A stretch of DNA of 64,000 nucleotides from Candidatus Aminicenantales bacterium (lineage in GTDB: Bacteria; Acidobacteriota; Aminicenantia; Aminicenantales; Saccharicenantaceae). How positions within the stretch are numbered: position 1 is the first letter of the stretch; the number at the start of each line of letters is the position of its first letter. The stretch is from the NCBI GenBank assembly GCA_049512315.1, contig JBEKXF010000004.1, positions 89,144-153,143 on the forward strand, given 5' to 3'. Below, one piece after another: positions 34,053-44,153 of the stretch. The position numbers and the translations under genes are program-made. Under the pieces are notes generated by a model. It did not search any database. It was not told the DNA's origin and worked only from the letters and a program-made list of their open reading frames with translations.

Positions 34053-34949
34053 ATGAAACGGATTCATTCGGTGAGATTCAAACGGCTCAATAAGGTCGTC
34101 AAGAAGCTCGGCCTTTTCTGGCCGGCTCTAAAAAAATTCAATGGTGACAACGGCTTTTTCTTAGCTTCGGGGATCACCTTTAATATCCTCGTCAACTTGA
34201 TTCCCTTTATCATGCTGCTATTGGCGTTGCTAGGAACTTTTCTCTACAACGACCAAGAAGTGCTCAACCATATTCGCGCTTATTTCAGAGATGTGGCTCC
34301 GGCGTTGGATCCAAAGATCACGAAAAACATTACGGACGTCATCCAGCACCGTCAGATTGTGGGAGTCTTAGGATTTATCGGTTTGCTCTGGTTCTCCACA
34401 TGGGTCTTCAGCTCCCTGCGGATCGCTTTCGATATCGTTTTCCGGGTGGAGAAGAGCAGGGGAATGTTGCGTGGGGTCGGCATTGATCTCTTGATGATCC
34501 TGCTGGCGGGACTCCTCCTCTTCGTGAGCATGTTCCTGAGCTCCGCGATGGCCATCCTACATGGTTACCGGGGACATATTCCAGTGGTGATAGGGCCGAC
34601 GCTTCAATGGATCCTTAAATACGCGCTCCCTTTTATCCTCACCTTTTGCATGTTTTTTTTGATTTACAAAATCATCCCTCATGAGAAGGTCCATTTCAAA
34701 TCCGCCCTTCAGGCGGCTCTCCTCACGGGCGTGCTTTGGGAACTTACAAAACATCTTTTCACTTGGTATGTCCTCCATATCGCCCGCTATGCTAATCTTT
34801 TTGGCTCATTAAATACCTTGGTCCTATTTGTTTTGTGGGTCTATTATTCGTCGACGATTGTCGTCGTGGGCGGGGAGTTCGCCTATTTCTTGGAAGAAGA
34901 TCGACACCGACCGGACGAAGGCCTCTCCGTCGCGGCCCCGCTGAAGTGA
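34053..34949 (+). CDS. YihY/BrkB family membrane protein
   Basis: LASGITFNILVNLIPF, WELTKHLFTWY, YANLFGSL..LVLFVLWVYYSS...GGE. Confidence 0.9.
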   Translation: MKRIHSVRFKRLNKVVKKLGLFWPALKKFNGDNGFFLASGITFNILVNLIPFIMLLLALLGTFLYNDQEVLNHIRAYFRDVAPALDPKITKNITDVIQHRQIVGVLGFIGLLWFSTWVFSSLRIAFDIVFRVEKSRGMLRGVGIDLLMILLAGLLLFVSMFLSSAMAILHGYRGHIPVVIGPTLQWILKYALPFILTFCMFFLIYKIIPHEKVHFKSALQAALLTGVLWELTKHLFTWYVLHIARYANLFGSLNTLVLFVLWVYYSSTIVVVGGEFAYFLEEDRHRPDEGLSVAAPLK

Positions 34950-34956
34950 CCGAACT

Positions 34957-35754
34957 TTATTTCAGCCCGTTGACGACGTCCAGGACCTTGAACAGGTAAT
35001 CGTAGCTCGGGCGGTCCGTGGTGTTCTGCCCCATGTATTTGAAGAGCAGGACGCCGTTCCTGTCCAGGATGAAGACGCTCGGGATGTTCTGGTCGACCTT
35101 GCTCCCGCTCCACTCTGTCTGGAAGAGGCCGAGCCGCTTCGAGACCGCCCTGTCGGCGTCGATGAGGACCGGGAACGGGTCCAGGATCTCGCCCTTGCTC
35201 AGGCTGAAATCCTTGGGGAAGAACTGACGCCACCGCGTCATCCGGCGCTTGCCCGCCTCGTCGAGCTTGGTCGGGTCGGTCGGGTTCTTCCCCTCCCTGA
35301 TCTTATCGAGCTGCCCGGGAAGGGCCTCGAGCCAGGATTGGACGATCTCCCGGCTGTAGGGGAAAACGACCAGGACTTCGACGTTGTATTTCTTCCGGAT
35401 CTGCTGGGCCTTCTCGAGCTCGGCGAGCTCCACGTACCGGTAGTTGCAGATCGTGCACCAGTAGCCCGGGGCCGCGTAGCCGCGCACGAAAATGATCATG
35501 ACGTTCTTGCCCTTGAGCTGGGAGAGCGTCACAGTGCCGCCCTGGTAGGTAGGCAGGCTGAAGTCCTGCATGGGCTGTTCGATGATGGCGGGCTTCATCT
35601 CGGGCTCCTGCGGCTTGGCCTGCGGTGTCTGGGCCTGGGCCGTCCCCTGCGCCTGTTGCGTCTGCTGCGCCGGGGCGGGGCCCGCGAGCGTCAGCCCGAC
35701 AACGACCACCGCCAGGCAAATGCCGAGCCAGAGCTTCCTCACGTTGATGCTCAT
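34957..35754 (-). CDS. Exported redoxin (AhpC/TSA, peroxiredoxin-like)
   Basis: Signal peptide; MQDFSLP, LSQLKGKNV, WCTIC (CxxC), FPVLIDAD, PSVFILD. Confidence 0.82.
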   Translation of the reverse strand: MSINVRKLWLGICLAVVVVGLTLAGPAPAQQTQQAQGTAQAQTPQAKPQEPEMKPAIIEQPMQDFSLPTYQGGTVTLSQLKGKNVMIIFVRGYAAPGYWCTICNYRYVELAELEKAQQIRKKYNVEVLVVFPYSREIVQSWLEALPGQLDKIREGKNPTDPTKLDEAGKRRMTRWRQFFPKDFSLSKGEILDPFPVLIDADRAVSKRLGLFQTEWSGSKVDQNIPSVFILDRNGVLLFKYMGQNTTDRPSYDYLFKVLDVVNGLK

Positions 35755-35787
35755 CGTCTCTCCTCTATCCGTTTTTTATCGATTTCT

Positions 35788-36837
35788 TTATTTCTTTTCG
35801 TCGGATCTCTTTTCCGGATTTTCCGCCAGGCGCTTGGCGGCCTTGCTCAAGGCCTCCTGGATACGGGCCCGGGCCGCTTTCGGGTCAGGCTCGTCGAGGA
35901 TGAGGATACCGTTCGGCCCGTTCCAGCCGAAATAGAACTTGCGGCCGGCCACGGTCCGTCCCTGCATGATCTGGTCGAGGATCGTCACGTCCATCCTATA
36001 CTCGTTGAACATGGCAAGGACCTTGTCCACGAGGTTCGCCGGAGGGGGCCCCTTGAAATGGATGAGGATGAGCTTGGACGGCCCCGGCCCGTACTTGGCC
36101 GAGTAGGCCTCGGCCAACCCTTCCTTGAATCCCCAGAAATCGGCCCCGAGGAGCGGCGATTCGTTGGCTGCCGCCACGTCCCCGCAGATGTACCGCTCGG
36201 TCCCGGGGAGGAGGCTGAACTCGGGCATGCAGGAAAAGGCCTGCGGCCGGGGGGTTTCGGCGGCCGGGAGGGCGCGGTCGAGCGAAAAGACGAAGGTTTC
36301 GACCTCGTCCTGCGTACACCCGGAGGAGAGGATGTTGATGTAAAGGTCGCCCTTGACGAGGTTGGTCTGCTCCACTCCGATCCAGTGGGCCGTCTTGATT
36401 CCGGGGGAAACGGTTTCGTTGCCTTCGCGCCTCGTCGAGAAGATGCCGAAAGCCGCCGCCGGGGAGGCCATCCGGTAGATCTCGAGGGTCATTCCCTTCC
36501 TCTTCGCGGCCGGCTTATCCGGGACGAGCTCGTAGACCGTGAGGTTCCGGAAGCCGTACTGGAGGAAGATCTCGGCGCCGCCGTCGACATACCCGTAGAG
36601 GGTTTCCTTCGCGAAAGTCCGCGGCGTGCCGGAGACGACCCAACCGGCGATGCCCGCGACCCCCATGAAGTCGGGTGGCAGATTCCTCTGGCTGGTGTCC
36701 TGGCTGGCCTGTTGGCCCTGAGGGATCATGGCGGCCGCTGCCGCAACCGTGCTTGCGTCCGCGAAAACCGTCATCCCCGCCGCAGCCACGATCGCCGCTG
36801 CCAAGCTGATTCGTTTCTTCTTCAAAGCCGCTTTCAA
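35788..36837 (-). CDS. DUF6599-like exported protein
   Basis: Signal peptide; TLYGYVDGGAEIFLQYGF, LEIYRM..P.AAFGIFS. Confidence 0.7.
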   Translation of the reverse strand: MKAALKKKRISLAAAIVAAAGMTVFADASTVAAAAAMIPQGQQASQDTSQRNLPPDFMGVAGIAGWVVSGTPRTFAKETLYGYVDGGAEIFLQYGFRNLTVYELVPDKPAAKRKGMTLEIYRMASPAAAFGIFSTRREGNETVSPGIKTAHWIGVEQTNLVKGDLYINILSSGCTQDEVETFVFSLDRALPAAETPRPQAFSCMPEFSLLPGTERYICGDVAAANESPLLGADFWGFKEGLAEAYSAKYGPGPSKLILIHFKGPPPANLVDKVLAMFNEYRMDVTILDQIMQGRTVAGRKFYFGWNGPNGILILDEPDPKAARARIQEALSKAAKRLAENPEKRSDEKK

Positions 36838-36913
36838 TATATTTCCCTTGCCTCAACTCTACCACAAAGCGGCCCTCCGATAGCGTCGGGAATGTATCGA
36901 TAGCGCCCGACTG

Positions 36914-36970
36914 CCCACGCGCCGCGCCGCCGAGCCCCAGTCCCTCGGCGATCTGAAGGAAGGCGCTCCG
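36914..36970 (-). pseudogene. Remnant of a DUF362 gene 3' end (imperfect repeat of 42927-42983)
   Basis: Encodes SAFLQIAEGLGLGGAARG vs SEFLYIAEGLGLGVAARG at the DUF362 C-terminus; core CGCCGAGCCCCAGyCCCTCGGCGAT shared. Confidence 0.7.
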
Positions 36971-37076
36971 GCCGCTGGCGTCAAAGGCCACCTGACCCGT
37001 CCCGAAGAAGAGGACCGCCTACGTTGACATCTCGTAGTTCATAAGAATATATAAGAAGCAGCGCAACGAGGACGCG

Positions 37077-37889
37077 ATGAAAAGACGTGTTTTTCTCACC
37101 TTCTGCCTGAGTGCGTGCCTGATTGCGGTCGCGAACGCATCCGCTCCTCCAACATCCGGCCCGGAACAGGCCGCGGCGCTGGAACGCAAGATCAATCTCA
37201 TCAGCGACCTCATGAGCCAGCGTCAATTGGCGGCGCGGATACTGAACGACCTGAGCACGGCTCTCCCTGACCGGGTCTGGCTGACCGAGGTCATCTATGA
37301 CGCCGGAGGGATCCGGGTCAAGGGCAACGCCCTGTCCAACAACCTCCTTGCCGACTATGTCTCGCGCCTCGAAGGAAGTCCCGATCTGATGGAGGTGAAT
37401 CTCCTCTCGTCTGTCCAGAGACGGGCCCGGAATCGTGAATACCAGGAATTTGCGCTCCGGGCGCTTGTCAAGGACACTCGCAGGGTGAAGCTCTCCAGGC
37501 CCCGACCAGGGTCAGGCTCCGACGCCGTGGCCGCGCTGGCCAGGCGATTGGAGGAGCTCGAGAAGGCCATGCCGGCGCGGAAGGAAACCGCCGAGATCCT
37601 GAGGCAATTGCAGCAGGCCGCCAACGATTCGCGATTGAGTATCACAAAATTCGTCCCGGGAAGCGAAATTCCCAGGGAATTCTACAGCGAATGGCCCATT
37701 TCGATCGAGGTCACGGGGAGCCGTCAAAGTCTCAGGAGGTTTTTCGACAGGGTGGCTGATTTGCCGCGGCTCTGGGTGATAACGAAATATTCTTTCAATG
37801 CCGTTTCGAATCAGGACCCCGATTCACCGGTTCGCGCGTCGCTCACGGCCCATACATACTTTTTGAGTGGATCCCCGTCGGGCTCGTAG
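37077..37889 (+). CDS. PilN-PilO fusion protein with signal peptide
   Basis: PilN core LPDRVWLT..KGNALSN..LADY..RLE; PilO core LEKAMPARKETAEILRQL..EFYSE.PISIEVTGS...FFDRVADLPR. Confidence 0.8.
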   Translation: MKRRVFLTFCLSACLIAVANASAPPTSGPEQAAALERKINLISDLMSQRQLAARILNDLSTALPDRVWLTEVIYDAGGIRVKGNALSNNLLADYVSRLEGSPDLMEVNLLSSVQRRARNREYQEFALRALVKDTRRVKLSRPRPGSGSDAVAALARRLEELEKAMPARKETAEILRQLQQAANDSRLSITKFVPGSEIPREFYSEWPISIEVTGSRQSLRRFFDRVADLPRLWVITKYSFNAVSNQDPDSPVRASLTAHTYFLSGSPSGS

Positions 37890-37949
37890 AACAACGAACC
37901 CGGACGGCGCGACAAAGCTTCTGATAAAGGAGCAGCAGAGAGGGGGGAA

Positions 37950-40434
37950 AATGGAATATCAAAGAGTGACCTTCCACCGGATGCTTTTGGTTGCCTCGGC
38001 ACTGACCGTTCTCTTGCGGTTGTCGGCAGCCGCCCAGACCGAGTCCATCGACTTCAGGGGCCTCGCTAAGAAGGCGTCTCCGGCCGTGATGCTGTTGGTC
38101 GTCTCCGATGCCTCCGGCAAGGAAATCGCCGCGGGCACGGGGTTTGTCGTTTCCGCCGACGGACAGCTCATGACCAGCTACCGCGTCATCGCGGGGGGGA
38201 AAACTGCGACCGCCAAAGCAGAAAACGGCACGGCTTTTCCTGTTAAAGGCGTGCTTGTCACCGACCCCAAAAACGACCTCGCCCTGCTCAAGATAGAAGG
38301 GAAAGACCTCCCATTCCTGACAGCCAACGCCGGCCAGAAAATCCAAGTGGGAGCCCGCATAGCGATCATTGGCAGCCCTCTTCGGTCACAAGTTCCCATG
38401 TCCGAAGGGACCGTGTCGGCCGTCCGCGGGATGCTCATCGGGGGCGTCCAATTGCTTCAGATCACAGCAGCCATCCCGGCCGGCGCCGCCGGATCGCCTG
38501 TCCTGGACGCCAAGGGCGACGTCATCGGCCTGGCTTCAGCATCGCTGCAGGGCGGACAGGCGCTTAATTTCGTTGTCCCGGCCGAGGCCGTCCATGCGCT
38601 GATGACCCAGGCCGGGAAAGCGCCTGCCCCTCAACCCCTCGACGCTTGCCTCGTCGGCGGTGATGAGAAGATGTTCGCCGACCCCGTATCCTGGGCGGCG
38701 ACACTGGCCGAAGCGGCTCAGGATAACACGCAGATGCTGAAATGCCGCCGGGACCTGGCCCGCCGCTACCCGGGGAATTCCACGGCTCAGAGATTCTTGG
38801 GGCATGCCTGCAGGGACACGGACTTGCTCGACGACGCGGTCGCCGCCTACAAGCAGGCCACCAAGCTCAAGCCCGACGACGCCTACTCGTGGCGTGGCTT
38901 GGGCAACTGCCACATGAAGGCCGGGCGCACGGACGAGGCCACGGCCGCCTTTGAGCAAACGGTCAAATGGAACCCGAGCGACGCAGAAGCATGGTGCCTT
39001 CTGGGCGCTTGTCATGGAATCGCCGGGCGCACCGACGACGCGACGGCCGCCTTCCAACAGGCGGTCAAAGTGAGACCGGACACCGCAACAGCTTGGTACA
39101 GCCTGGGCGCCGGCTACGACAATGCCGGCCGGCTTGACGATGCGGTTGCCGCCTATAAACGGGCCGCCGAATTGAAGCCGGACAGCGCCGAGCTATGGCG
39201 CGCTCTGGGCCTCGCCTACGGGAAAGCCGGGCGCTATGAGGACGCCATCCCCGCCTACAAGCAAGTGATTAAACTGATGCCTGAAGACGCCTCAGCCTGG
39301 TTTTACCTGGGGACCAGCTATGTCATGACAGAGCGCGATGATGACGGTATGACCGCCTTCAAACAAGCTGTCAAACTGAAGCCGGACTACGCTGAAGCTT
39401 GGTATGATATAGGCTTTTGCTCCGGAAGAGCCGGGCGGCTAGAGGACTCTATTGCCGCCTACGAGCACGCCGTCAAATCAAGCCCGGACTACTCTAAGGC
39501 ATGGTGTAACTTGGGGATTGCTTACAGAAACGCCGGGCGCATCGACGATGCGATCGCCGCGTCCAAGGAGGCCGTCAGACTGAATCCGGGCGAATTCTAC
39601 TCATGGTTCAACTTGAGCAACTGTTACATGATTGCCGGGCGCAACGACGACGCGATCATCGCTCTCAGAGAATCCGTCAGACTGGAGCCCGGCGACGCCG
39701 AAGCCTGGAATAACTTAGGCGTCTGCCACCTCAATGCCGGACACAACGAGGATGCAATCGCGGCCTTATCACAGGCTGTCAAGCTGAAACCGGACTATGT
39801 CGACGCCTGGGTGAATCTCGGCAAAAGCTATGGAAAATCCGGCCGCAACGATGACGAGGCCGCCGCCTATAAAGAGGCCATCAAGCTCCAGCCGGGCCAC
39901 GCCGACGCCTGGTACAACCTGGGCGTCTGTTACAGGGAAATGGGACGCAAAGACGACGAGATCTCCGCCTACAAGCAGGCCATCAAGATAAAGCCCGATT
40001 ATCAAGATGCCTGGTACAACCTGGGCGTCGGCTACTGGACTTCTGGTCGCGACAACGATGCAATCGCCGCCTACAAGGAAGCCATCAGGCTCAAGCCGGA
40101 CGACCGCGCAGCCTGGGACAATTTGCATGCGTGCTACGTAACGGCCTTGGTGCGAGCCGGGAATGACCCCGCCAAGAAGGCCGCCGTTGAAAAAGCCATG
40201 AAAGAGAACCCGGCCGACGCCAATGCGTGGTTCGCCCTGGGCGAGCGTTACCTGAAGGGCGGCCGCACGGATGATGCCATTCTTGCCTATAAGAAGGCTG
40301 TCGAAATGAAACCGAAGCTGGCCGAAGCATGGTATGCTCTGGGCGCCTGCTACGAAAAGGCGGGCCGCAAAGCCGATGCCGCGGCCGGGTTCAAGCGCGC
40401 CAAGAAATTGAAGCCGGATTTGTTTAAGAAATAG
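37950..40434 (+). CDS. Trypsin-like (S1) pseudo-protease + long TPR array
   Basis: Start MEYQ after GGGGGA; SPAV, GTGFVV, TSYRV, DLALL, GAAGSP; then about 15 or more TPRs (AWYNLG...AYKQAIKLKPD). Confidence 0.85.
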
Positions 40435-40537
40435 CGTTGATCCGTCCTGGCCCGCGGTCCAGGCATCGCCTCCGCGAAGCAACCCTTCTGCCCGGATCGC
40501 GTATATCATCGTATGTGCTTATAGAAGGAGTATTCGC

Positions 40538-42394
40538 ATGAACCGTGCCCACTGGAAACCCTTTTTATTCCTTCTTCTCGCGCTCTCCGCCTTCGCCTTG
40601 GCGGCCGCCTCCGGCCAGGCCTATGCTCAATCCGGCGCAGATCCCCGGATCGGCCACGTCGAAAACGGACTGCTGCCGCCCGTCCTCGTCAAGGGGCAAA
40701 AAGCCTGGAACATCCTCGACCGGATAAAGCTCTACAACGTTCCGGGCGTGAGTATCGCCGTCTTCTTCGACAACAAGATCCAGTGGGCCAAGGGATACGG
40801 TGTCGCGGACAACGGAACGAAAGAGCCCGTGACCGAAAAGACACTCTTCGTCGCCGGCTCCATCAGCAAACCGGTGGCGGTGATGGGCGTCCTCCGGCTG
40901 GTCCAGGAAGGGAAGCTCGGGCTCGACGCGAACATCAACTCCTTCCTCACCTCGTGGAAGGTCCCCGAAAACGCGTTCACGGCGAAACAGCCCGTCACCC
41001 TGCGGCGGATCGCGAGCCACAGCGCCGGCCTGACGGTGCACGGATTCCGCGGCTACGCCCCGGGCGAGCCGCTCCCGACGCTTATTGATATCCTCAACGG
41101 CGCCCCTCCCGCGAACTCGTCCCCCATCGTCGTCGACATCGAACCGGGCTCCACGTGGCGGTATTCCGGGGGAGGCCTGACCATCATGCAGCTCGCCCTC
41201 ATCGACGTCGAGAAAAAGCCCTTTCCCGAGGTCCTCAGCGAAAAAGTCCTCGGACCGATCGGGATGACGAGCAGTTCCTACGAACAGGCCATGGCGCCCG
41301 ACCGCCTCAAGCTCGCCGCCTCGGGCCACGACGCAAGCGGGAAGGTGATCGAAGGAAAGCGCTTCATCTATCCCGAGATGGCCGCCGCCGGGCTCTGGAC
41401 GACCCCCACCGACCTCGCGAAGTTCGCGATCGAGGTCGGGCGCTCCGTTCGCGGGGAATCGAACAAGGTGCTGACCAAGGAGACGGCCAAGCTCATGGTC
41501 ACTCCGCAGATCGTCATCCAGGGAACGACCGAAATGGCCCTCGGGCTTTTCCTCGAACGCCACGGTTCCGAGGTGTATTTCGGCCACGGCGGCCAGGACA
41601 CGGGCTTCGTCGCCTCTCTGCTCGCCGACCGCGACGGGGGATACGGTGTCGCCATCATGACGAACTCCGACGGCGAGGGGGCCGGCTCCCTCATCAACGA
41701 GATCACCATGAGTATAGCGAAAGAGTACGGCTGGCGGGGCTACGTGCCCGTGCCCTATGACGTCATCTCCCTCGAGGCCAAGGCGCTCGCCCCGTTCCCG
41801 GGGAGATACACGCTCGATTCCGATAGCACGCTCGCCGTGAGCCTGGAGGGCGGACGCCTCATGGGCAAGATAACCGGCGGGACCGCCTTCGAGCTTCTGC
41901 CCATTTCCGCGGCTGAGTTTATCCGCACCGACGCGCCCGTAACCTACACGTTCGCGGACGGGAAAGGCACGCCCTCAGGCAGTGTGACGTTGAAATCCAG
42001 CCGCGGGACGAGGACCGTGCCCCTGGTCCCCGAGGAGTTCAAGGCTCCGGCCGACTGGCTCGAGGCGGGGGACACGGTCCGCGCCGTCGAAGGCTACCGG
42101 TCCCTCTGGAAGAAAGATCCGAAAGATCCGAACGTCGCCGAAACCCGGCTGAATTCCATGGGCTACCAGCTTCTCTCGGACAGAAAGATGGCCGAGGCCA
42201 TCGCCCTCTTCAAGCTGAACGTCGAGCTCCACCCCGATTCGTGGAACGCCTACGACAGCCTGGCCGAGGGATACATGAAGAACGGGGAGAAGGCCCTGGC
42301 CATCAAGAATTACGAAAAGTCGCTGGCCCTCAACCCGAAGAACGCCGCCGCGGCGAAGAAGCTGGAGGAGCTCAGACGCCTTCCTCGACCTTGA
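40538..42394 (+). CDS. Serine hydrolase (class C beta-lactamase family) with C-terminal TPR
   Basis: SISK (SxxK), YSG, HGG; signal peptide; TPR NAYDSLAEGY. Confidence 0.9.
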   Translation: MNRAHWKPFLFLLLALSAFALAAASGQAYAQSGADPRIGHVENGLLPPVLVKGQKAWNILDRIKLYNVPGVSIAVFFDNKIQWAKGYGVADNGTKEPVTEKTLFVAGSISKPVAVMGVLRLVQEGKLGLDANINSFLTSWKVPENAFTAKQPVTLRRIASHSAGLTVHGFRGYAPGEPLPTLIDILNGAPPANSSPIVVDIEPGSTWRYSGGGLTIMQLALIDVEKKPFPEVLSEKVLGPIGMTSSSYEQAMAPDRLKLAASGHDASGKVIEGKRFIYPEMAAAGLWTTPTDLAKFAIEVGRSVRGESNKVLTKETAKLMVTPQIVIQGTTEMALGLFLERHGSEVYFGHGGQDTGFVASLLADRDGGYGVAIMTNSDGEGAGSLINEITMSIAKEYGWRGYVPVPYDVISLEAKALAPFPGRYTLDSDSTLAVSLEGGRLMGKITGGTAFELLPISAAEFIRTDAPVTYTFADGKGTPSGSVTLKSSRGTRTVPLVPEEFKAPADWLEAGDTVRAVEGYRSLWKKDPKDPNVAETRLNSMGYQLLSDRKMAEAIALFKLNVELHPDSWNAYDSLAEGYMKNGEKALAIKNYEKSLALNPKNAAAAKKLEELRRLPRP

Positions 42395-42635
42395 AAACCA
42401 GGTCGCCTTCCCGGACCGGCTCTTTCACCTTTACGCCGGCTGTACCGCCCACCTTCACTTCGGGGATGGATTGATGCTCCAGCTGCAGCGATTCCACCGG
42501 CTGCGAAAAGTCGCTGGTGTGCCCCTTGATGTGGATGATCTCCCCGATCTTCAGGCTGTCGGCCGTGACCTCGATAATGGCCACGTTGATTTTGTGGAAG
42601 AAATGCGTGACGTGCCCGATTTCTTTTTCCATCAT
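42372..42635 (-). CDS. Small beta-barrel protein (elongation-factor domain II-like / U32 C-terminal-like)
   Basis: EIGHVTHFFHKINVA, LKIGEIIHIKGHTSDF.Q.V.S, VREGD.VF. Confidence 0.75.
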   Translation of the reverse strand: MMEKEIGHVTHFFHKINVAIIEVTADSLKIGEIIHIKGHTSDFSQPVESLQLEHQSIPEVKVGGTAGVKVKEPVREGDLVFKVEEGV

Positions 42636-42893
42636 CCCTCCTTGGGTGCCATAGTAAAAATAGCAAAATGAGGAGCGCTTGACAAGGGCTTTTGCAGCCG
42701 GCTAAAAAACCCGTTATCGCTTCCCCGTTGGAAGAAACCACTAGGATGCCCAAGCCCGAGGTTGCCGGTCGACCGGGACATTAGATATCAGGCAGCATAT
42801 TCTGAAGGAAAGCGCTCCGTCCGTCATTGACATTCTTCGTGGGGCGGGTGCTGAATTCGGCTGCGTGATTCTAATCAGCTTCCCTGACGCGGC

Positions 42894-44123
42894 TCACCCC
42901 AGGCTTATGTCCGCGACCTTGATCTTCCCCCGCGCTGCGACGCCGAGCCCCAGCCCCTCGGCGATATAAAGGAACTCGCTCTGTTTCTTGTTCTCGAGTT
43001 GCTGGACCCCCCGCGCCATCCGCTGCTTGACGATGAAGTCGTGGGCGACGGCGTCGACCGCCACCGGGTCCGTCCCGAAGAGCATGACGTTTGCGTCATA
43101 GATGAATTTCGGGTTGGCCGCGGGCCCTCCGTCGTAGCAGGCCTGGATTCCGTCCACGATATTGAGGACGACCTTGTCCCTGAGGCAGGGGAAGGCCCAG
43201 GGCTCGGCCACGGACTTCATCCAGAGCGCGTGGAGGCGCCCCGTGTTGCTGAGCGAGCCGTAGGACAGGTTCTTCAGGCAGCAGGTGACGGTCGGGCCGG
43301 CGTTCTTGAGGATGGGGACGTTGATGATCTTCGTGCAGACGCTCGTCACGAGCCGCGTGAAATAGGAATGCGTGCCCTCGTTGATCATGTAGGGCATGGT
43401 CTCCCGGTCGTATTTCTGCTCGGCCTCGGCGACGTAGGGGAGGGCCTCCCGGTCGATGTTGTCCTTGCTCCAGAGCTCGCCCTTCGGGTCCCAGAAGTCG
43501 CCGTTGGGCCCCTTCGTCTCCGTGCCGAGGATCCGGATCCCCGGGAACCGCCCGGGCGTGAACCCGGCGTCCGCGAGCTGGAAATGGCGGCGGTCCCAGA
43601 TGACGATATTCTTTTTCACGACGCCTGCGGCGATCAGGCCCTCGATGATGGCGTCCACGACCTCGGGCTTGGTCGAGAGGATCTTTTCCCCGATGGGGTT
43701 GACCTTGATCCCGACGATATCGGACGGGGAGATGAACTGGCGCCAGGCGGCCCGTATGTCCTTCTCGCCCGTGAGCTCGGCCAGGCCGCGGTTGAGGGCG
43801 GTTTTGACTTTCGAGCCGGCGATCTGCCCGGCCACGGAGGCCGTATCGGTATCAACCTTGACGACCTGGCCGGGGTATTTTCCAGGCATGGAGCCGGCAA
43901 CGCGCGGGATCTTGCGGACCTCGTCGATGTTGGTCTTGATCTCAGCGACGGGGGCTGGCTTGGGCTTCTCCTCGGCCACTTTCTCCTGAGAGGGAAGGCG
44001 GGGAGCAAGGGCGATCCCGGCGACACTCATGGCAGAATAGCGGAAAAACTTCCGCCGTGAGAAAAAGTCTGTGGTCTGAGCGTCTTTCTCTCCTGTAAGG
44101 GCCAGAATGTCATCTTTTTTCAT
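42894..44123 (-). CDS. Tat-exported DUF362 Fe-S protein
   Basis: SRRKFF twin-Arg; VGIKVN, INVPILK, CCLKNLSYG, DPVAVD. Confidence 0.88.
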   Translation of the reverse strand: MKKDDILALTGEKDAQTTDFFSRRKFFRYSAMSVAGIALAPRLPSQEKVAEEKPKPAPVAEIKTNIDEVRKIPRVAGSMPGKYPGQVVKVDTDTASVAGQIAGSKVKTALNRGLAELTGEKDIRAAWRQFISPSDIVGIKVNPIGEKILSTKPEVVDAIIEGLIAAGVVKKNIVIWDRRHFQLADAGFTPGRFPGIRILGTETKGPNGDFWDPKGELWSKDNIDREALPYVAEAEQKYDRETMPYMINEGTHSYFTRLVTSVCTKIINVPILKNAGPTVTCCLKNLSYGSLSNTGRLHALWMKSVAEPWAFPCLRDKVVLNIVDGIQACYDGGPAANPKFIYDANVMLFGTDPVAVDAVAHDFIVKQRMARGVQQLENKKQSEFLYIAEGLGLGVAARGKIKVADISLG

Positions 44124-44153
44124 AGGAGTTTCTTTACTTCGATTAATGGCATC

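Noticed and set aside
34957-35754. Selenocysteine or readthrough in the redoxin or Fe-S genes
   Set aside because: CxxC motifs are ordinary Cys codons; no in-frame TGA at catalytic positions was seen
36515-36991. 158-aa minus ORF as a real gene
   Set aside because: Overlaps the DUF6599-like CDS out of frame; only its first about 25 codons are meaningful (DUF362 remnant)
38860-40400. About 100-bp periodic DNA repeats
   Set aside because: Explained by 34-aa TPR units inside a CDS; not an array or diversity-generating element
42679-42890. Plus-strand TTGACA-18-TAAAAA and a 12-codon ORF (MPKPEVAGRPGH) in a 260-bp gap; considered as 6S or sRNA
   Set aside because: The -35 overlaps the minus-strand promoter of the 42635 gene, the -10 lacks the conserved T, and no convincing long hairpin or SD was found
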